Positions 1 to 10,774 of a DNA stretch of 32,000 bases are shown one piece after another. The stretch spans positions 3,180,001 to 3,212,000 of the forward strand of contig NC_002677.1 in NCBI RefSeq assembly GCF_000195855.1, in the 5' to 3' direction. Position numbers and translations under genes: made by a program. This DNA comes from Mycobacterium leprae TN (GTDB taxonomy: Bacteria > Actinomycetota > Actinomycetes > Mycobacteriales > Mycobacteriaceae). Position 1 is the stretch's first letter. Each line of letters opens with the position of its first letter. The notes beneath the pieces were generated by a model. That model was not told the DNA's origin and ran no database searches. It saw only the letters and a list, made by a program, of their open reading frames with translations.

Positions 1-216
1 ATCCTCGGTAGAGGCAGATAGTTGCTATGTTGCTGTACTCCGGTAGCCGGTGCGAAATCGCACCCCACTATCACCTGATAACGCTCTTATGAACCGTCAC
101 TGTAGTTGGCGTTGCCAACATCAAGTCGAGGTCGTCTCGAAGCAAAGCTATTACCGCAAGATCAGCGGTGGAAAGCTCAGCGATTGCGTACGACGTACCA
201 AAGTTGCTGTTCACAC

Positions 217-2070
217 CTAAGCAACTTGGCTGGCAGAGTCATTGACGTTAATCAACACTAATTGTTTTGCTTTGCGACAAGTTATGGCTTTCTCATCATA
301 CACGGACAACTGGAACCAGTAGAACCCGTGCCTCAGCCAGAGTCAATAGATAGGGTTAGGTGGCCGGAACACGGAAACTCCACCTACCCGGTAAGCTGGA
401 CCGGCGTGTAGCCGTTCCAATACGGCAGATTGAGTTCGATGAGTTGTGAGAACAGCGGCAAGCGATGAGTTGTGAGAACAGCGGCAAGTTGTTGACGCTC
501 AGCACAGTGTCGCCATCACCAGCTGTTTTGCCTACAAAAGACGATACTGGCGAATGCGAACCGTGTAACTCCTGGAAAGCTTCAATGGCAACGTCATCAT
601 GCTGTCGACGAACTGTCAGCATTATACTATGAATACTGGGGTGAAGTTGAGCACCGAGGCAGAACTTATAGCGTTACTTCTCCAACACTGACAACGTGGT
701 AGCGGTAGACCGAATCTTGGCTGGATAGGCAGATAAAGCCGCTCCGGGTTAGCCTTAGATAATCGGGCATTGCGGACCAATGTCTTTCCTATAATTGAGT
801 GGCATGCACTCCGTCGTGATCTCCCCAACCATCTCACGTCACTCTAGTACAGGACCGGCTAGCCGGGCAACAACAGTAGAGCGAGTAGAGCGGTGAACAG
901 CTCGATTTGGTTACGGTCGCTATCCAGCAGTGGTGCCAGGCTGCGCCAGCTTCCGACATTCGCCTTCATCCGTGGCTCCTTGGCGTATTCGGCATACATG
1001 TAGTCGCGTTCTTCATCGGTGACCATTTCCAGTGGCAACTCGTCGTAGTTGCGCAGGAAAATCTCCCACTGAGCCATCTTTGGAACTGCCGGCGTCTGCG
1101 CCAGGATCTTCGAGATCGGGAACCACGACTACCCCAGCCGCGGCGACATGAAGATACGCGGCATCAGCTGGCAGTAAAACGCCATATGGCCATACGGCAT
1201 TAGTCACCACCGGCGGCGGGCATCACCGAACTACAAGACCAAATCGGACGGCCACTGATTAGCTTCTTAGCTTCGTCCAGCAGTACCTGTCCCAGGAATT
1301 TGTCGTCGTCGACCACTTTGCTACCGCGCTTAAGGAAAGCATGCTTCTCGGAAAAATTCTCGCAATTGGCACAAATCGAGCTCGAAGAGGTAGGGCACCA
1401 CTTCCAGCTGAACCCCGTCGATGAACATGACAAGTCAAAAGAGGAGAAAATCGATCCTCGCTTCTTGCACGTTCACATTGTCGTAGTTCAGATCCGGTTG
1501 GTGATAAAAGAAAGATATGCCAATAGCACTTGGTAGCGGACCGGGTCGAACGTCCAGTTAGACTCTTCGCTGTCGACAAAGATGATTCGAGCTTAGACGT
1601 ATTCGCAGAATGCGGGCAGCACCTTATATGAAATACCGTATATCGTAGCAGACATCATGCAGCGGGGAGTCATAGAACAGCAGAAGCCAGATGTAGTCGA
1701 TGCCGAGCTATTGCCGGTAATGCAAGCGGTCTATTGAGTCCCCGCAGATCGACCAGCACCGGCGGAACTAACGTAGTAGAACGCCCGGACCAATCCCTCG
1801 TAAAAGACAACTTGCTCGAATCAAGTCGAGTCTACAGTCGGTACAACAGCGTTACCGAAATCCTCGGCACTCGGATGCTCGACTACACCCCCTTCGACGT
1901 GACTGTCGCCGCAGGATGCTGCTCACCAGCCTCAACGAGATGGACTTCGTTGATCAATGAACCCACAATGCCACAGATACCCGAGGCAAGACACCCTGGG
2001 ATCAGGCCTGAGATCAAGCATCGCTCCAAGCGAATTGGCTGGCCGGCAGGCCGCGCCACTATCCGACCGG
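217..2070 (-). pseudogene. treS: Trehalose synthase (TreS) pseudogene, split over several frames
   Basis: Minus-strand fragments in different frames read as TreS. Examples: HQPDLNYDNVN (rc of ~1468-1500), ARIIFVDSEES (rc of ~1560-1592), [38 protein letters not shown]...[12 protein letters not shown] (ORF 859-1077), NCENFSEKHAFLKRGSKVVDD (ORF 1200-1433), and the C-terminal GFYWFQL (rc of 307-327) with a stop at 217-219. No single frame stays open. The position just downstream of pepA matches the Rv0125/Rv0126 order from memory. Confidence 0.8.
437..488. repeat. Perfect 26-bp tandem duplication (2 copies) inside the treS pseudogene
   Basis: cgatgagttgtgagaacagcggcaag occurs at 437-462 and again at 463-488 with no mismatch. 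A 26-bp unit is not a multiple of 3, so it shifts the frame. Confidence 0.95.
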
Positions 2071-2073
2071 ATG

Positions 2074-3138
2074 TCAAGCTGGAGGTCCCTCCGCTAACGT
2101 CACATTCGCGGTGAGGTCACCGCCGCCAGCAGAGCGATAGTTCACCGCAACGGTTTCCCCAGGATGATGCGGCACGAGCACATTCGTCATAGCGGTGGCC
2201 TCGCTGATGGGTACACCGTCGACCGACGTGATGATGTCACCTACCGAAATCCCAGCCATCGCGGCTGGACCCGTCGCGACCACACGGGCAACCCGTGCGC
2301 CGTTGCCGTTGTTGTCTAAAACGCCCAGGCCAAAGAAGGCCGTCGGGCCTATGTGTACGGTGTTTGACCCAGCCCCGGACCGGATGGCACCGACGACCTC
2401 CATCGCCTGACCAATCGGAATGGCGAAGCCCTGCCCACCCAACATCTTGTAGTTATCGGTAGCAGCAGTGTTCATGCCGACCACCTGACCTCGGCTGTTG
2501 ACGACGGGCCCGCCCGAATCGCCGGGTTTGATCGGGGCGTCGACCTGGATTAGTCCGGACAACGTCTCTTGGGCGCCGGTCAGGGGTTCAGACGCTTGGA
2601 CGGTCTGGTTAAGTGCTACGACACGACCCGGCAACACGCTGGGAAGTCCACCCTGGCCGCCCGTGTTGCCCAGAGCCACAATCGGTTCGCCGATCGCCAC
2701 GTCACCACCGATTACTGCGGTAGGCAGGTTACTCGCGCCACGAAGCTGGAGCACCGCGACGTCCTGGGTACGGTCGTAACCAACCACGTCGACGCCGTAA
2801 GTTTTGCCATTTCCGACATCGAACGCACTGATATCGGTAGCACCCGAGATCACGTGATTATTGGTCAGCACGACACCGCTGGAATCGATAACGATTCCCG
2901 TCCCGGCTCCCACCGCGCTGTTGTAGCCTAATCTAGTGCTGATATTGACCACCTGAGGCGCAACCATCGCGGCGGGATTGAGCGGCAGGGGTGGCCGGTT
3001 GCTGAACCGATCGAGCGCCAAAGTGGACGGTCCAGACGGTGTGGCTGACCCTGGAACCACGGCTAGACTCAGACCTAGCGCAGCTAATGTACTTACCAGC
3101 CATGACCGCCAGAGTGAACGGTGGGGTTGTCTGCTCAT
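2074..3138 (-). CDS. pepA: Secreted trypsin-like serine protease with C-terminal PDZ domain (PepA / MTB32A-like)
   Basis: Intact 354-aa ORF. It has an N-terminal signal/TM segment (WLVSTLAALGLSLAVV), a catalytic triad context (TNNHVI, DVAVLQL, GDSGGP) and a PDZ-like C-terminus. ATG at 3138 is preceded by GGGAG about 9 nt upstream. Confidence 0.9.
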   Translation of the reverse strand: MSRQPHRSLWRSWLVSTLAALGLSLAVVPGSATPSGPSTLALDRFSNRPPLPLNPAAMVAPQVVNISTRLGYNSAVGAGTGIVIDSSGVVLTNNHVISGATDISAFDVGNGKTYGVDVVGYDRTQDVAVLQLRGASNLPTAVIGGDVAIGEPIVALGNTGGQGGLPSVLPGRVVALNQTVQASEPLTGAQETLSGLIQVDAPIKPGDSGGPVVNSRGQVVGMNTAATDNYKMLGGQGFAIPIGQAMEVVGAIRSGAGSNTVHIGPTAFFGLGVLDNNGNGARVARVVATGPAAMAGISVGDIITSVDGVPISEATAMTNVLVPHHPGETVAVNYRSAGGGDLTANVTLAEGPPA

Positions 3139-4035
3139 CCCGTAATCTCCCGCATCCAGCTAAGAACTAGAATTGTTCCAACCTTCGGTTCTGGGTGGCA
3201 TGACTTTGTGTATATCAAGCTAGTGCAAATTGCTGTCGGCTACACATTTGGGATATCGCTCCGGCCGGCGAAGAACGGAACGCTGAGGTTGCTGTCAAAC
3301 GATCAGCTGTGCTGACGTAACGGGGTTAAGTGAGGTCGCGCCGGGCGGGGAGATTCCCCTCACCTTAAGGTCGGCTCAGTGCTACACACAAGCCGATGGT
3401 TCCCCCTGTATATTGTCGTCCCACTCAAGACGGTCGTGGTATCGGTCCGAGCAACAATCATCTACATCGTAAACCCCGCGGTCTGTTGTCACACGATTGT
3501 AGTAGCTGAGCCGGGTCACGATACCAGCGTCCTCGTCGACTTCGAGAGCGGATTGCTAAACACGTGTGTGATTCGGGGTGTGCTATCGGGATAAAGCATG
3601 ATCAGTGACTTCCAGATCGCCAGTAGCCGGGTGGCATTGACTGTGCCGTCGGCCTGATGCGGATATCGGCAGGCTCGAAGAGAGCGACCGCCCCCGCCAG
3701 GTCGTGACTGTCGATACGTGCGGCATAGTGACAGAGGAAGTTTGCCATCTGAGTACAACTCTCCAGGCCGTTAACCTAGTGTGGCCCTACCTACACCGAC
3801 ACTGTACGGGAATTCGACCCGACGAGCTGACGTCCCCCGGCAGACCCGGGTCAACCAACGCAAGCCAGTGCTACGGCCCAGTCATTGGTACCCGGCCAGC
3901 AGCCTTGTGTTAGGCAGTCGCTGATGGGAAAGCTGTTTACCGCATACTGTTAGATGGGACACATACTTATGTAGGGCGTGTGTAATGGCCCCGGAAAACT
4001 ACGAAAAGGAAAAGATCTATAGCGGACAGGAGTGA

Positions 4036-5357
4036 ATGGATCCCCGAAACACGGTAGTCGTTCCCACCGCGAGCAGCCCCAACAACGTTCGCAATGTGGT
4101 TCTGGTCGGTCCGTCCGTAGCTGGTAAGACCACCTTCGTCGAAGCACTACCGATCGCGGCCAGCCTGTTACCCAGACCGGGCACAGTGGTGTACGACAGT
4201 ACGGTCTACAACTACGGCGAAGCTGAAATCTGTCAGCAGCGGTCAGTGGGGCGTTACCCTGACTTCATCTACTTATACGACAGCATCAAGGTCAACCCCG
4301 TCGACGCACGCCCGGATACACCGATTTTGTGGGCGAGCTGCGAGCCGCAGATTGCACGCCGTTCGTCATCGCGGCAAACCAGGGCTTCGGTGGATAGTCC
4401 TCGATCCGCAGCAATCACTAAGCTCGGCCACTCCCAAGATGAATTATCAGGAGACACTTTCTGCCGCAAAAAACACGTTCAAGAAAGAAATATACCACTT
4501 TCCTTCCTACTGAAGACGACCTGATCGGATTGTTGTCACAGACCTGCGATCGATTACAATGGCGGCCCAGAGCAACGGACGCCAACGACCCGTCGGACGC
4601 CGATCGTACCCGAGCAAGCGCGCGACACCCTGATTGAAGGAATTCTCTAGGAATCCGAGGATGAGTCGCTGGTGGAACATTCAAGGACAAAATTCTTCAC
4701 ACCGAAGGGTTCGCTGGGTTCGCTGCACGTCTAGCTGGCTTGTAGCGCTAACGGTAGTTACTTGCAGAGGAGGTGAAGACGACGTCAGACCCTACGGTCG
4801 GCAGGGTCGTCCTGGTACAGATGTTTTCCGAGACCACCAACCCTGACACGATAGTTCACATGTCGCGCGATTTTGCTGTGCTTCGAGTTCGGATAACAGC
4901 GCGCAAGCATCTGGGCAGAGTGACCGTGACAAGGATAAACGTATCGGGGTCCTTGCATTCCCACTCAGCGGTCAGCAGCACTCCGCGCCCGTGGCGGTAG
5001 TGGGCGACATCTGAGTGATCAGCAAACTAGTACGAGCCGGCTACCCGGTGGTCGACGTCCGAGTCACACCGCTGGACGGTAAAGCACACAGCGTCGCCCC
5101 TTCGGACTTAGCATTCCCGGCGGCGAGTGCGGTGGCCTTACGGAAAACGGCAGCTGCGATGACGGTTACCTTGCTCGAGCCGATCGACGAGATCTCTGTG
5201 CTGATATCCGATGATGTCGTAGACGCGGCGATGGGAAGAACCAACGCAAATGATTCAATTCACATACGACGTCGTGTTATTCACCCGCTATGAACCTATG
5301 CAGGAATCCGCAACGTCCTGGGTGAATACCACGCATGTAGACGTGTATTTATTATAA
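4036..5357 (+). pseudogene. fusA2: Elongation factor G-like GTPase (FusA2) pseudogene with frameshifts and internal deletion
   Basis: AGGAG plus ATG at 4036. The N-terminus has a P-loop (NVVLVGPSVAGKTTFVEAL ... DYGEAEICQQRSVG-type), then the frame is lost. EF-G domain IV/V is read in ORF 5015-5293 (GYPVVDVRVTPLDGKAHSV...LLEPIDEISVLI). The C-terminal TRYEPMQESA is in another frame and ends at TAA 5355-5357. The span is ~1.3 kb versus ~2.1 kb expected for an EF-G paralogue. Confidence 0.8.
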
Positions 5358-5859
5358 AATATTGACGATTAGCGAATTTCTCGCCCACAGACTGCCAAAC
5401 ATTTTGTCGTCTTGGGTCCGCTGACCGCCATTTTGGTGATCCGTTGCGTGCTATGGACCGCAACGCGACGGCGACTGATCTAGCTGGTTCTGGTACTTAC
5501 CGGCGGTACTCTAATACCTTGATATCTTGATCCCATTGACCAAACGCGCGAGTCTGATGGTTAGATGGTTAAAATCCGGATCGCCCTGTCCATCACCTTG
5601 CGGATTCACAAAGAACTCGGCGAAACCTTGATCTACATCTCCTTGCACCGCTGGTAGCCGTGTTCGCTTTGCTAACCACTGTCCATATTCGCCGGACAAG
5701 CGGACAAACGGTGAAATGTACTTTGCACGAGACTGATCGGAGTTCTGGTGATCGCTGACGCTGTGGCCACACTGGTCCAGACCTATCACATCGACGATGT
5801 GGGTGCGTGCAGACCGAGTGGGAAAACGTGGCTTCGAACGTAACTGGGTCCTCACATCC

Positions 5860-7506
5860 TCACCCCCGATGAGCGAACTGTTCGGCCACGGCGCGGCGGT
5901 CGAGCGAACCTTTGGCGGTGTGCGGAAGCGCGCTCGCCTCCTGAAATCTGGTGGGCACTTCGAAGGCCGCCAACCGATCACGGCAGAACACCGCAAGCTC
6001 CGACGGAGTCGGTGCTATGACCTCGCGAGGAACAATCACTGCGGTCACTGTCTCCCCGTACACCTTGTCAGGATCACCAAATACCGCTACCTCCATAACG
6101 TTGTGGTGACTGGCCAATACACCTTCGACGCGCTCCGGCGAGATCTTCTCGCCGGAGCGGTTTATGAGTTCCTTGATCCGGCCACGGATCCTCAGGTCAC
6201 CGGTTACCGACAGTGACCCCAGATCACCGGTACGCAACCATCCGTGGGTGAAGTTCGCTGCGGTTATCGCCGGATCACCCAGATACCCACGCACCACTGT
6301 GGAGCCACGCAACCAAACCTCCCCTACGGTATCCGGGGGGAGGGGTTGACCGTCGGACCCGACGATGCGGATCTGTACGCCAGTTGACTGACCGACAAGA
6401 CCGTTTGTTACGGTGGGATTCTCCCCTTGGCCGAACCATTTTATATTTGTGGTTGTCACCTGGTGAGTGGCCTCGGTCATGCCGAAAGCACATATCACCG
6501 GCGCCAAGAACTCTTCACGCAGCGCTTGCGCCGTTTCCTGGGTAAGGGGCGCACTGCAACTGCGGATAAAGCGGAGTTTGGCTCGCTTACTCCGGAAAGA
6601 TTGAGTAGAAGCGAGTTCCAACAAGATCCGATGAATCGCCGGCGCGGCCGTGTACCAAGTAGCCGCAACGGCATCGATGTCGTCCCAGAATGTGCGCGCC
6701 GAGAACCGCGCGCGAGCAGGGAGCAACACCACACCTCCAGATGCCAGGGTCGACAGCAACGCAGCAATGAGCCCATGACCATGGTAGAGGGGCATCACCA
6801 CGACAGTCGCATCCTGTGGGCCGAGCTGGTACGCGGTAATGATGGCGTGAACGGAACCGGCGATATTCCCGTCTGTCCACGGGACCATCTTCGGCAAACC
6901 CGTCGTTCCTCCAGTGAACATGATCATAGCGTCATCGTGCCGGAGCCCGTCAGGCGTCGAAGTGACTGGATGCAACGCCGCAGTGTCGTCCAGGTGGACC
7001 AACAAGCTGCCTTCCGAAGCGCCTGTGACGCTACCGTAGGAAACCGCAATCGGCCAGTAGCGCATCGTCGCTGCTCGCTGGTCGCTAACGCCTTCAAGGG
7101 CAAGACTGTCCACCAATGTCACTCGCACGCCCGCTGCTTGGCTCCGGATGCATTGCTCATTGACAGGTAGAGCCGGATCTAACGGCACCACAATCAGGCC
7201 GGCTCGCGACGCCGCTAGTAAGCCTACAACGAATTCAATGTTGCTAGCCGCGCACAGCGCTACCCGATCGCCAGGCAGCAGGCCACCCAGCGCCAGCTGG
7301 ACGGTCAAATCATCGACCAGTCGGAGCAAATCTCGGTAGCTCACCACTATGCGATTGTCGGTCACGACAAGCGCTGGCGCGCTTGGATTCCGAATTGCTG
7401 CCGCCTCGACCAAGCTGGCGATACTCGGGCTTTCGAATTGGCCAGTCAGCCTCGCATCTATCTGTTCAACCGGAGCTCTGCTGCTGGTAATCGACTCCGA
7501 TTTCAT
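5860..7506 (-). CDS. fadD7: AMP-dependent acyl-CoA synthetase/ligase (FadD7-like; possibly oxalate-CoA ligase clade)
   Basis: Intact 548-aa ORF. AMP-binding motif FTGGTTGLPKMVPWTDGNI, YGMTE-type (FGMTEA), GWLRTGDLG and GRIKELINRSGEKISP are present. AAGGAG lies 8 nt upstream of the ATG at 7506. Confidence 0.88.
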   Translation of the reverse strand: MKSESITSSRAPVEQIDARLTGQFESPSIASLVEAAAIRNPSAPALVVTDNRIVVSYRDLLRLVDDLTVQLALGGLLPGDRVALCAASNIEFVVGLLAASRAGLIVVPLDPALPVNEQCIRSQAAGVRVTLVDSLALEGVSDQRAATMRYWPIAVSYGSVTGASEGSLLVHLDDTAALHPVTSTPDGLRHDDAMIMFTGGTTGLPKMVPWTDGNIAGSVHAIITAYQLGPQDATVVVMPLYHGHGLIAALLSTLASGGVVLLPARARFSARTFWDDIDAVAATWYTAAPAIHRILLELASTQSFRSKRAKLRFIRSCSAPLTQETAQALREEFLAPVICAFGMTEATHQVTTTNIKWFGQGENPTVTNGLVGQSTGVQIRIVGSDGQPLPPDTVGEVWLRGSTVVRGYLGDPAITAANFTHGWLRTGDLGSLSVTGDLRIRGRIKELINRSGEKISPERVEGVLASHHNVMEVAVFGDPDKVYGETVTAVIVPREVIAPTPSELAVFCRDRLAAFEVPTRFQEASALPHTAKGSLDRRAVAEQFAHRG

Positions 7507-7799
7507 CGCCGCACTCCTTACGCCTTCTTCGATATGAACAGCGTTTCTCTTCAGAAAACCATGCCACGCAGTTTTGTCATGCGTCCAATAACCACCCGAT
7601 AATGCTTGATAGCGAATACCATTGAAACGGCAATAATACGCCGACTAACAGGTAAATATAGTCCTTCGATAGACGACGTGGATCACCGCACAGCGGCTTA
7701 GGCTTGGACAGCGACGAGTCCGCCAAATCAGTGTGATTACATCAAAGCCGTTGCGGATCGCCTACAGCCCGCCTAGACGCACACGATGTAGTCGATTCT

Positions 7800-9350
7800 T
7801 AACATGCCCCTCCCTGGCAGCGAAGCGGCGACAAGGGCGAAAAGCGCGCGTTTGACCGCGTTGTGGATCCGCTCAAGGTCAACGGCATCGAAACAATCTA
7901 CAGGGTCGTTGGTATCCCGATCACCGACCTCGTGCGTATCGCGTAGGTGCTTGGAATCCGCCACATCAGCTTCCGTCAGAAGACCTCTGTCCAACGCCGT
8001 GCCGCTGCTGGATTCCTCGTCCGACGCCCGTGTGTGTCTAATTGGAATGGTGGCGGCACCCGGCTTCCTCAACAGCCTAGTTGCCTTGGCAAACGCCACG
8101 ATTAATTGCTTTACGCTGATCCAGACCTAGGGTGCAAGCAATCAAGCGCTGGTGGATCGGCATTAAGAAGATTACGATGACCTCGACCAGCTCAACGCTG
8201 TAAAGCCTTTCGCGAAGGCGACATCCCGGATTGACCAAGCAAGAACAGGGCGCGCCATTTGCGTTTCAGTGTTGGGCTTCCCGGGCACCGCTTACCTCGA
8301 TATCCCTCGGTTATACGATGGTCTCGGTCCTTGTGCTCCCGGCCGCATCCGACACAATTTTCCAGTTCGTCAATCTCGCGCCCCGTCAGCTGTCGGAGCC
8401 GGAATCGGTTGATCGCGCATTGAACGCGTTGGCACAGGAGTAGCCCCGGCTGTTCGTACTCAAGCTTATGCACAAGCAGACAACATGATGCAAGCCATGT
8501 CGAAGATGTCTTGAGAAGACATCCACGTGGATGTTGATGGCCAAAGGGCTATCGCCCAACTCCATACCCGCAGTCCGCTACCGCCGCGCGTTCGCTGGCC
8601 ATCGTAAGCAAGTGCAGGATTGGCCGGGTCAACGCCCGGCTGAACTGGCTTATCGGCGACGGTGAATCGCCGCAGTGGCATACTGATGCAAAATTTGTTT
8701 TTATTCAAGTCGATTTGTTTTTATTCAGATTGATATCGCGGTGGCGGAGTTCGGCAGCGGCCGGCTGATCGCGTCGCCACTGGACAGCTAAGTTGGTGCG
8801 GGGAGGTCGATGCTACTCAACGGCGCGACTACGAGTCGGATCGTCGCTCCCACATATTGGACCAACGAGCTGGCCAGATCACAAAACAGCAAACGGAGTC
8901 AAAATCCGCCAGTGTCTGGCCGACGATATCTCATCCAATGCATTTCGACAACGCACTGAACGTCATTCGCGATGTTCCGCACAATCGCTCGATCTGTGTC
9001 TCGACCACCGGAGCCCATATACTCGCCCCGGCCAGTAAATTCCTCAAGATAGAGAAGCCAGCACCGACTTGACACGGAAACCTGGGACGTGATGGGTATC
9101 GGCATGGGCTATGCTATTGCCGACGCGGTCCCCTCATCAACCTACAACATCGATTTGACTAAACGCTCGCGCCACAACGTAATCGAAGAAGTCTTCGGCA
9201 GTCAAGTATATTATCTCATAACACTTTATTAGCTGCGGTCGATGCTAACCGAAGCGATCACATCGAACGGATTATCAATCGTTGACTTCGAGCTCGTGGC
9301 ATCCAACCGTGGAGGTGAAAAACGGACGCCTCGCGCGCCTCAAACCCACG
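7800..9350 (+). pseudogene. oxcA: Oxalyl-CoA decarboxylase (ThDP enzyme) pseudogene
   Basis: Frame from 7854 reads DRVVDPLKVNGIETIYRVVGIPITDLVRIA, then TAG at 7944-7946. This is the typical OxcA/ThDP-enzyme N-terminus. A ThDP-motif start (DVMGIGMGYAIADAV) is at ~9081-9125. A C-terminal relic (MLTEAITSNG..IVDF) is at ~9240-9300. There are multiple stops and frameshifts, and the GDG..NN part of the ThDP motif appears deleted. Confidence 0.75.
8693..8732. repeat. AT-rich 20-bp tandem duplication (17/20 identical) inside the oxcA pseudogene
   Basis: atttgtttttattcaagtcg (8693-8712) is followed by atttgtttttattcagattg (8713-8732). The first 15 nt of the two copies are identical. Confidence 0.85.
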
Positions 9351-9374
9351 AACGCCGCAATGCCGCAATATCGG

Positions 9375-10307
9375 TCAGCGTCTACGAGTGATTCCCGCTA
9401 ACTGAGCTTCAAAAAATTCGTTCAACGCCAGTTGCTTGGCGGATGCGACGAGCGCACGGGCTACCGGAGAACCTGGCCCGGCGGAGTTGGTGGCGAGTGC
9501 GACGTCGGCTTTCAGAACCGGATCAACCATTTCTACCGCACGGATCTCTGCGCCTATCGGCGTCGTCCACAGCCAGGTGTGCGGAACAATGCACGCCCAA
9601 TTTCCAGTCGCCACTTGAGCGAATAACGAAGCGACAGAGTCGGTCTCTACTTGCGGGGTAGCAGTGATCGCGTGACCAGCAAAGGCCCTATCAATAAGCT
9701 GGCGGTCTCGCATGTCGGGCGTGAGTAAAGCCAGCGGCAGCTGCGAGGCTTCTGGCCATGCCAACACCGACGCCCCAGGCGGCAACATATCCGCCGGCGA
9801 TACCAACACGTAATGTTCATGGTAAAGCGGCACCAGGTCCACAGCGTGAGTGTCGTCAGGCGCGGAGTGTACGATGACGGCATCGAGCTCAAAATCGCCC
9901 AGCCGTCGGTGCAGTTCAGTGACAGGCAGTCGGGAGCAGATTTGCACTTTTATCAATGGGTGCTCCGAACAAAAAGCCGAGAGGACCAGGGACGCTGTCG
10001 TCGAGGCAGTAGGCACCGTGCCTAATCGAAGCGTACCAGTGATCCCGGACCGCACTGCATGCACCTCTGCCTTGAATGCATCGTGTTCGGCGAGAATACG
10101 CTTGGCCCACACGACCAGGCGCTCCCCTTCGGGCGTTAGGCCCTCAAAGCTGTGCCCCCGGTTAATCAGTGTGACGTTCAGCTCACGTTCGAGTTTGGCG
10201 ATCGCGGATGAGAGCGCAGGTTGCGAAACGTAGCACCTTTCGGCCGCTCTGGCGAAGTGCCGCTCCTGGGCTACCGCGACGAAGTACTCCAGTTGACGGA
10301 AGAGCAC
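9375..10307 (-). CDS. oxyS: LysR-family transcriptional regulator (OxyS-like)
   Basis: Intact 310-aa ORF. The N-terminal wHTH reads MLFRQLEYFVAVAQERHFARAAERCYVSQPALSSAIAKLERELN, followed by a LysR substrate-binding domain. GTG start at 10307 is preceded by GGGAGGAGG. It is divergent from ldtA, as for Rv0117/Rv0116c from memory. Confidence 0.88.
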   Translation of the reverse strand: MLFRQLEYFVAVAQERHFARAAERCYVSQPALSSAIAKLERELNVTLINRGHSFEGLTPEGERLVVWAKRILAEHDAFKAEVHAVRSGITGTLRLGTVPTASTTASLVLSAFCSEHPLIKVQICSRLPVTELHRRLGDFELDAVIVHSAPDDTHAVDLVPLYHEHYVLVSPADMLPPGASVLAWPEASQLPLALLTPDMRDRQLIDRAFAGHAITATPQVETDSVASLFAQVATGNWACIVPHTWLWTTPIGAEIRAVEMVDPVLKADVALATNSAGPGSPVARALVASAKQLALNEFFEAQLAGITRRR

Positions 10308-10774
10308 CCGTACCTCCTCCCTTTGGGTACCAATCTCGCTGAGGCTAACGCGTCGCTACCAGCCCATCCAACCTACCCACTCGAAGCAACCGCAAATAGA
10401 TTTCTAACAGCCAGGCGTTAGCTCGGTATTAGCGGACAGGTGGCGATGTTGAAACTACGAATACTTATGTGTTGCTGCTATTTTCACCACACGGAGACCA
10501 AGGCCTGCCAAGTTCGGAGTGCTGCGAACAGAAGAAAATTTGTGTTTCAGTTCAACAACATTGAGCAATGACTCAACGATAAGCAATGAGCTATTATTGT
10601 CTAGCACGCCGATCCACACAAGGTACGCACCAACCGCCCCTCATGCTGGGACAGTGCGCAAAAGACTACCCGAACAAATTAATCAACGTTTGCTAAAACC
10701 TGTAATGGGTAGATGGCCACTAAACTAACTAGAGTAACGTTGTGTTGACCGCACCATCTCGAAGGGCGGAAGCC

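Noticed and set aside
3382-3550. Protein-like minus-strand fragment ..ALEVDEDAGIVTRLSYYNRVTTDRGVYDVDD..EWDDNIQGEPSACV ending at TAG (rc 3382-3384)
   Set aside because: It probably is a relic of one of the small genes expected between pepA and fusA2. It has no start, is under 60 codons, and I cannot name a family, so it is not reported as a feature.
5511-5996. 161-aa minus-strand ORF overlapping the 3' end of fadD7 and extending 350 nt downstream
   Set aside because: The upstream third is an alternative frame of fadD7. There is no internal Met and no visible RBS. The downstream part (..GQWLAKRTRLPAVQGDVDQGFAEFFVNPQGDG..) reads protein-like, but I cannot assign a family. It may be a relic and is not supportable as a gene.
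6427-7170. 247-aa plus-strand ORF (with several shorter ones) antisense to fadD7
   Set aside because: It lies entirely inside a well-supported AMP-ligase CDS on the other strand. The product is Arg/Ser/Pro-rich and low-complexity with no recognisable motif or RBS, as is typical of open antisense frames in GC-rich DNA.
10344-10422. Inverted 8-mers gctaacgc / gcgttagc in the oxyS-ldtA divergent region, considered as a LysR-type operator
   Set aside because: The half-sites are ~63 bp apart rather than in a T-N11-A arrangement. The small TAGA-tt-TCTA palindrome at 10397-10406 is too short to support a call.
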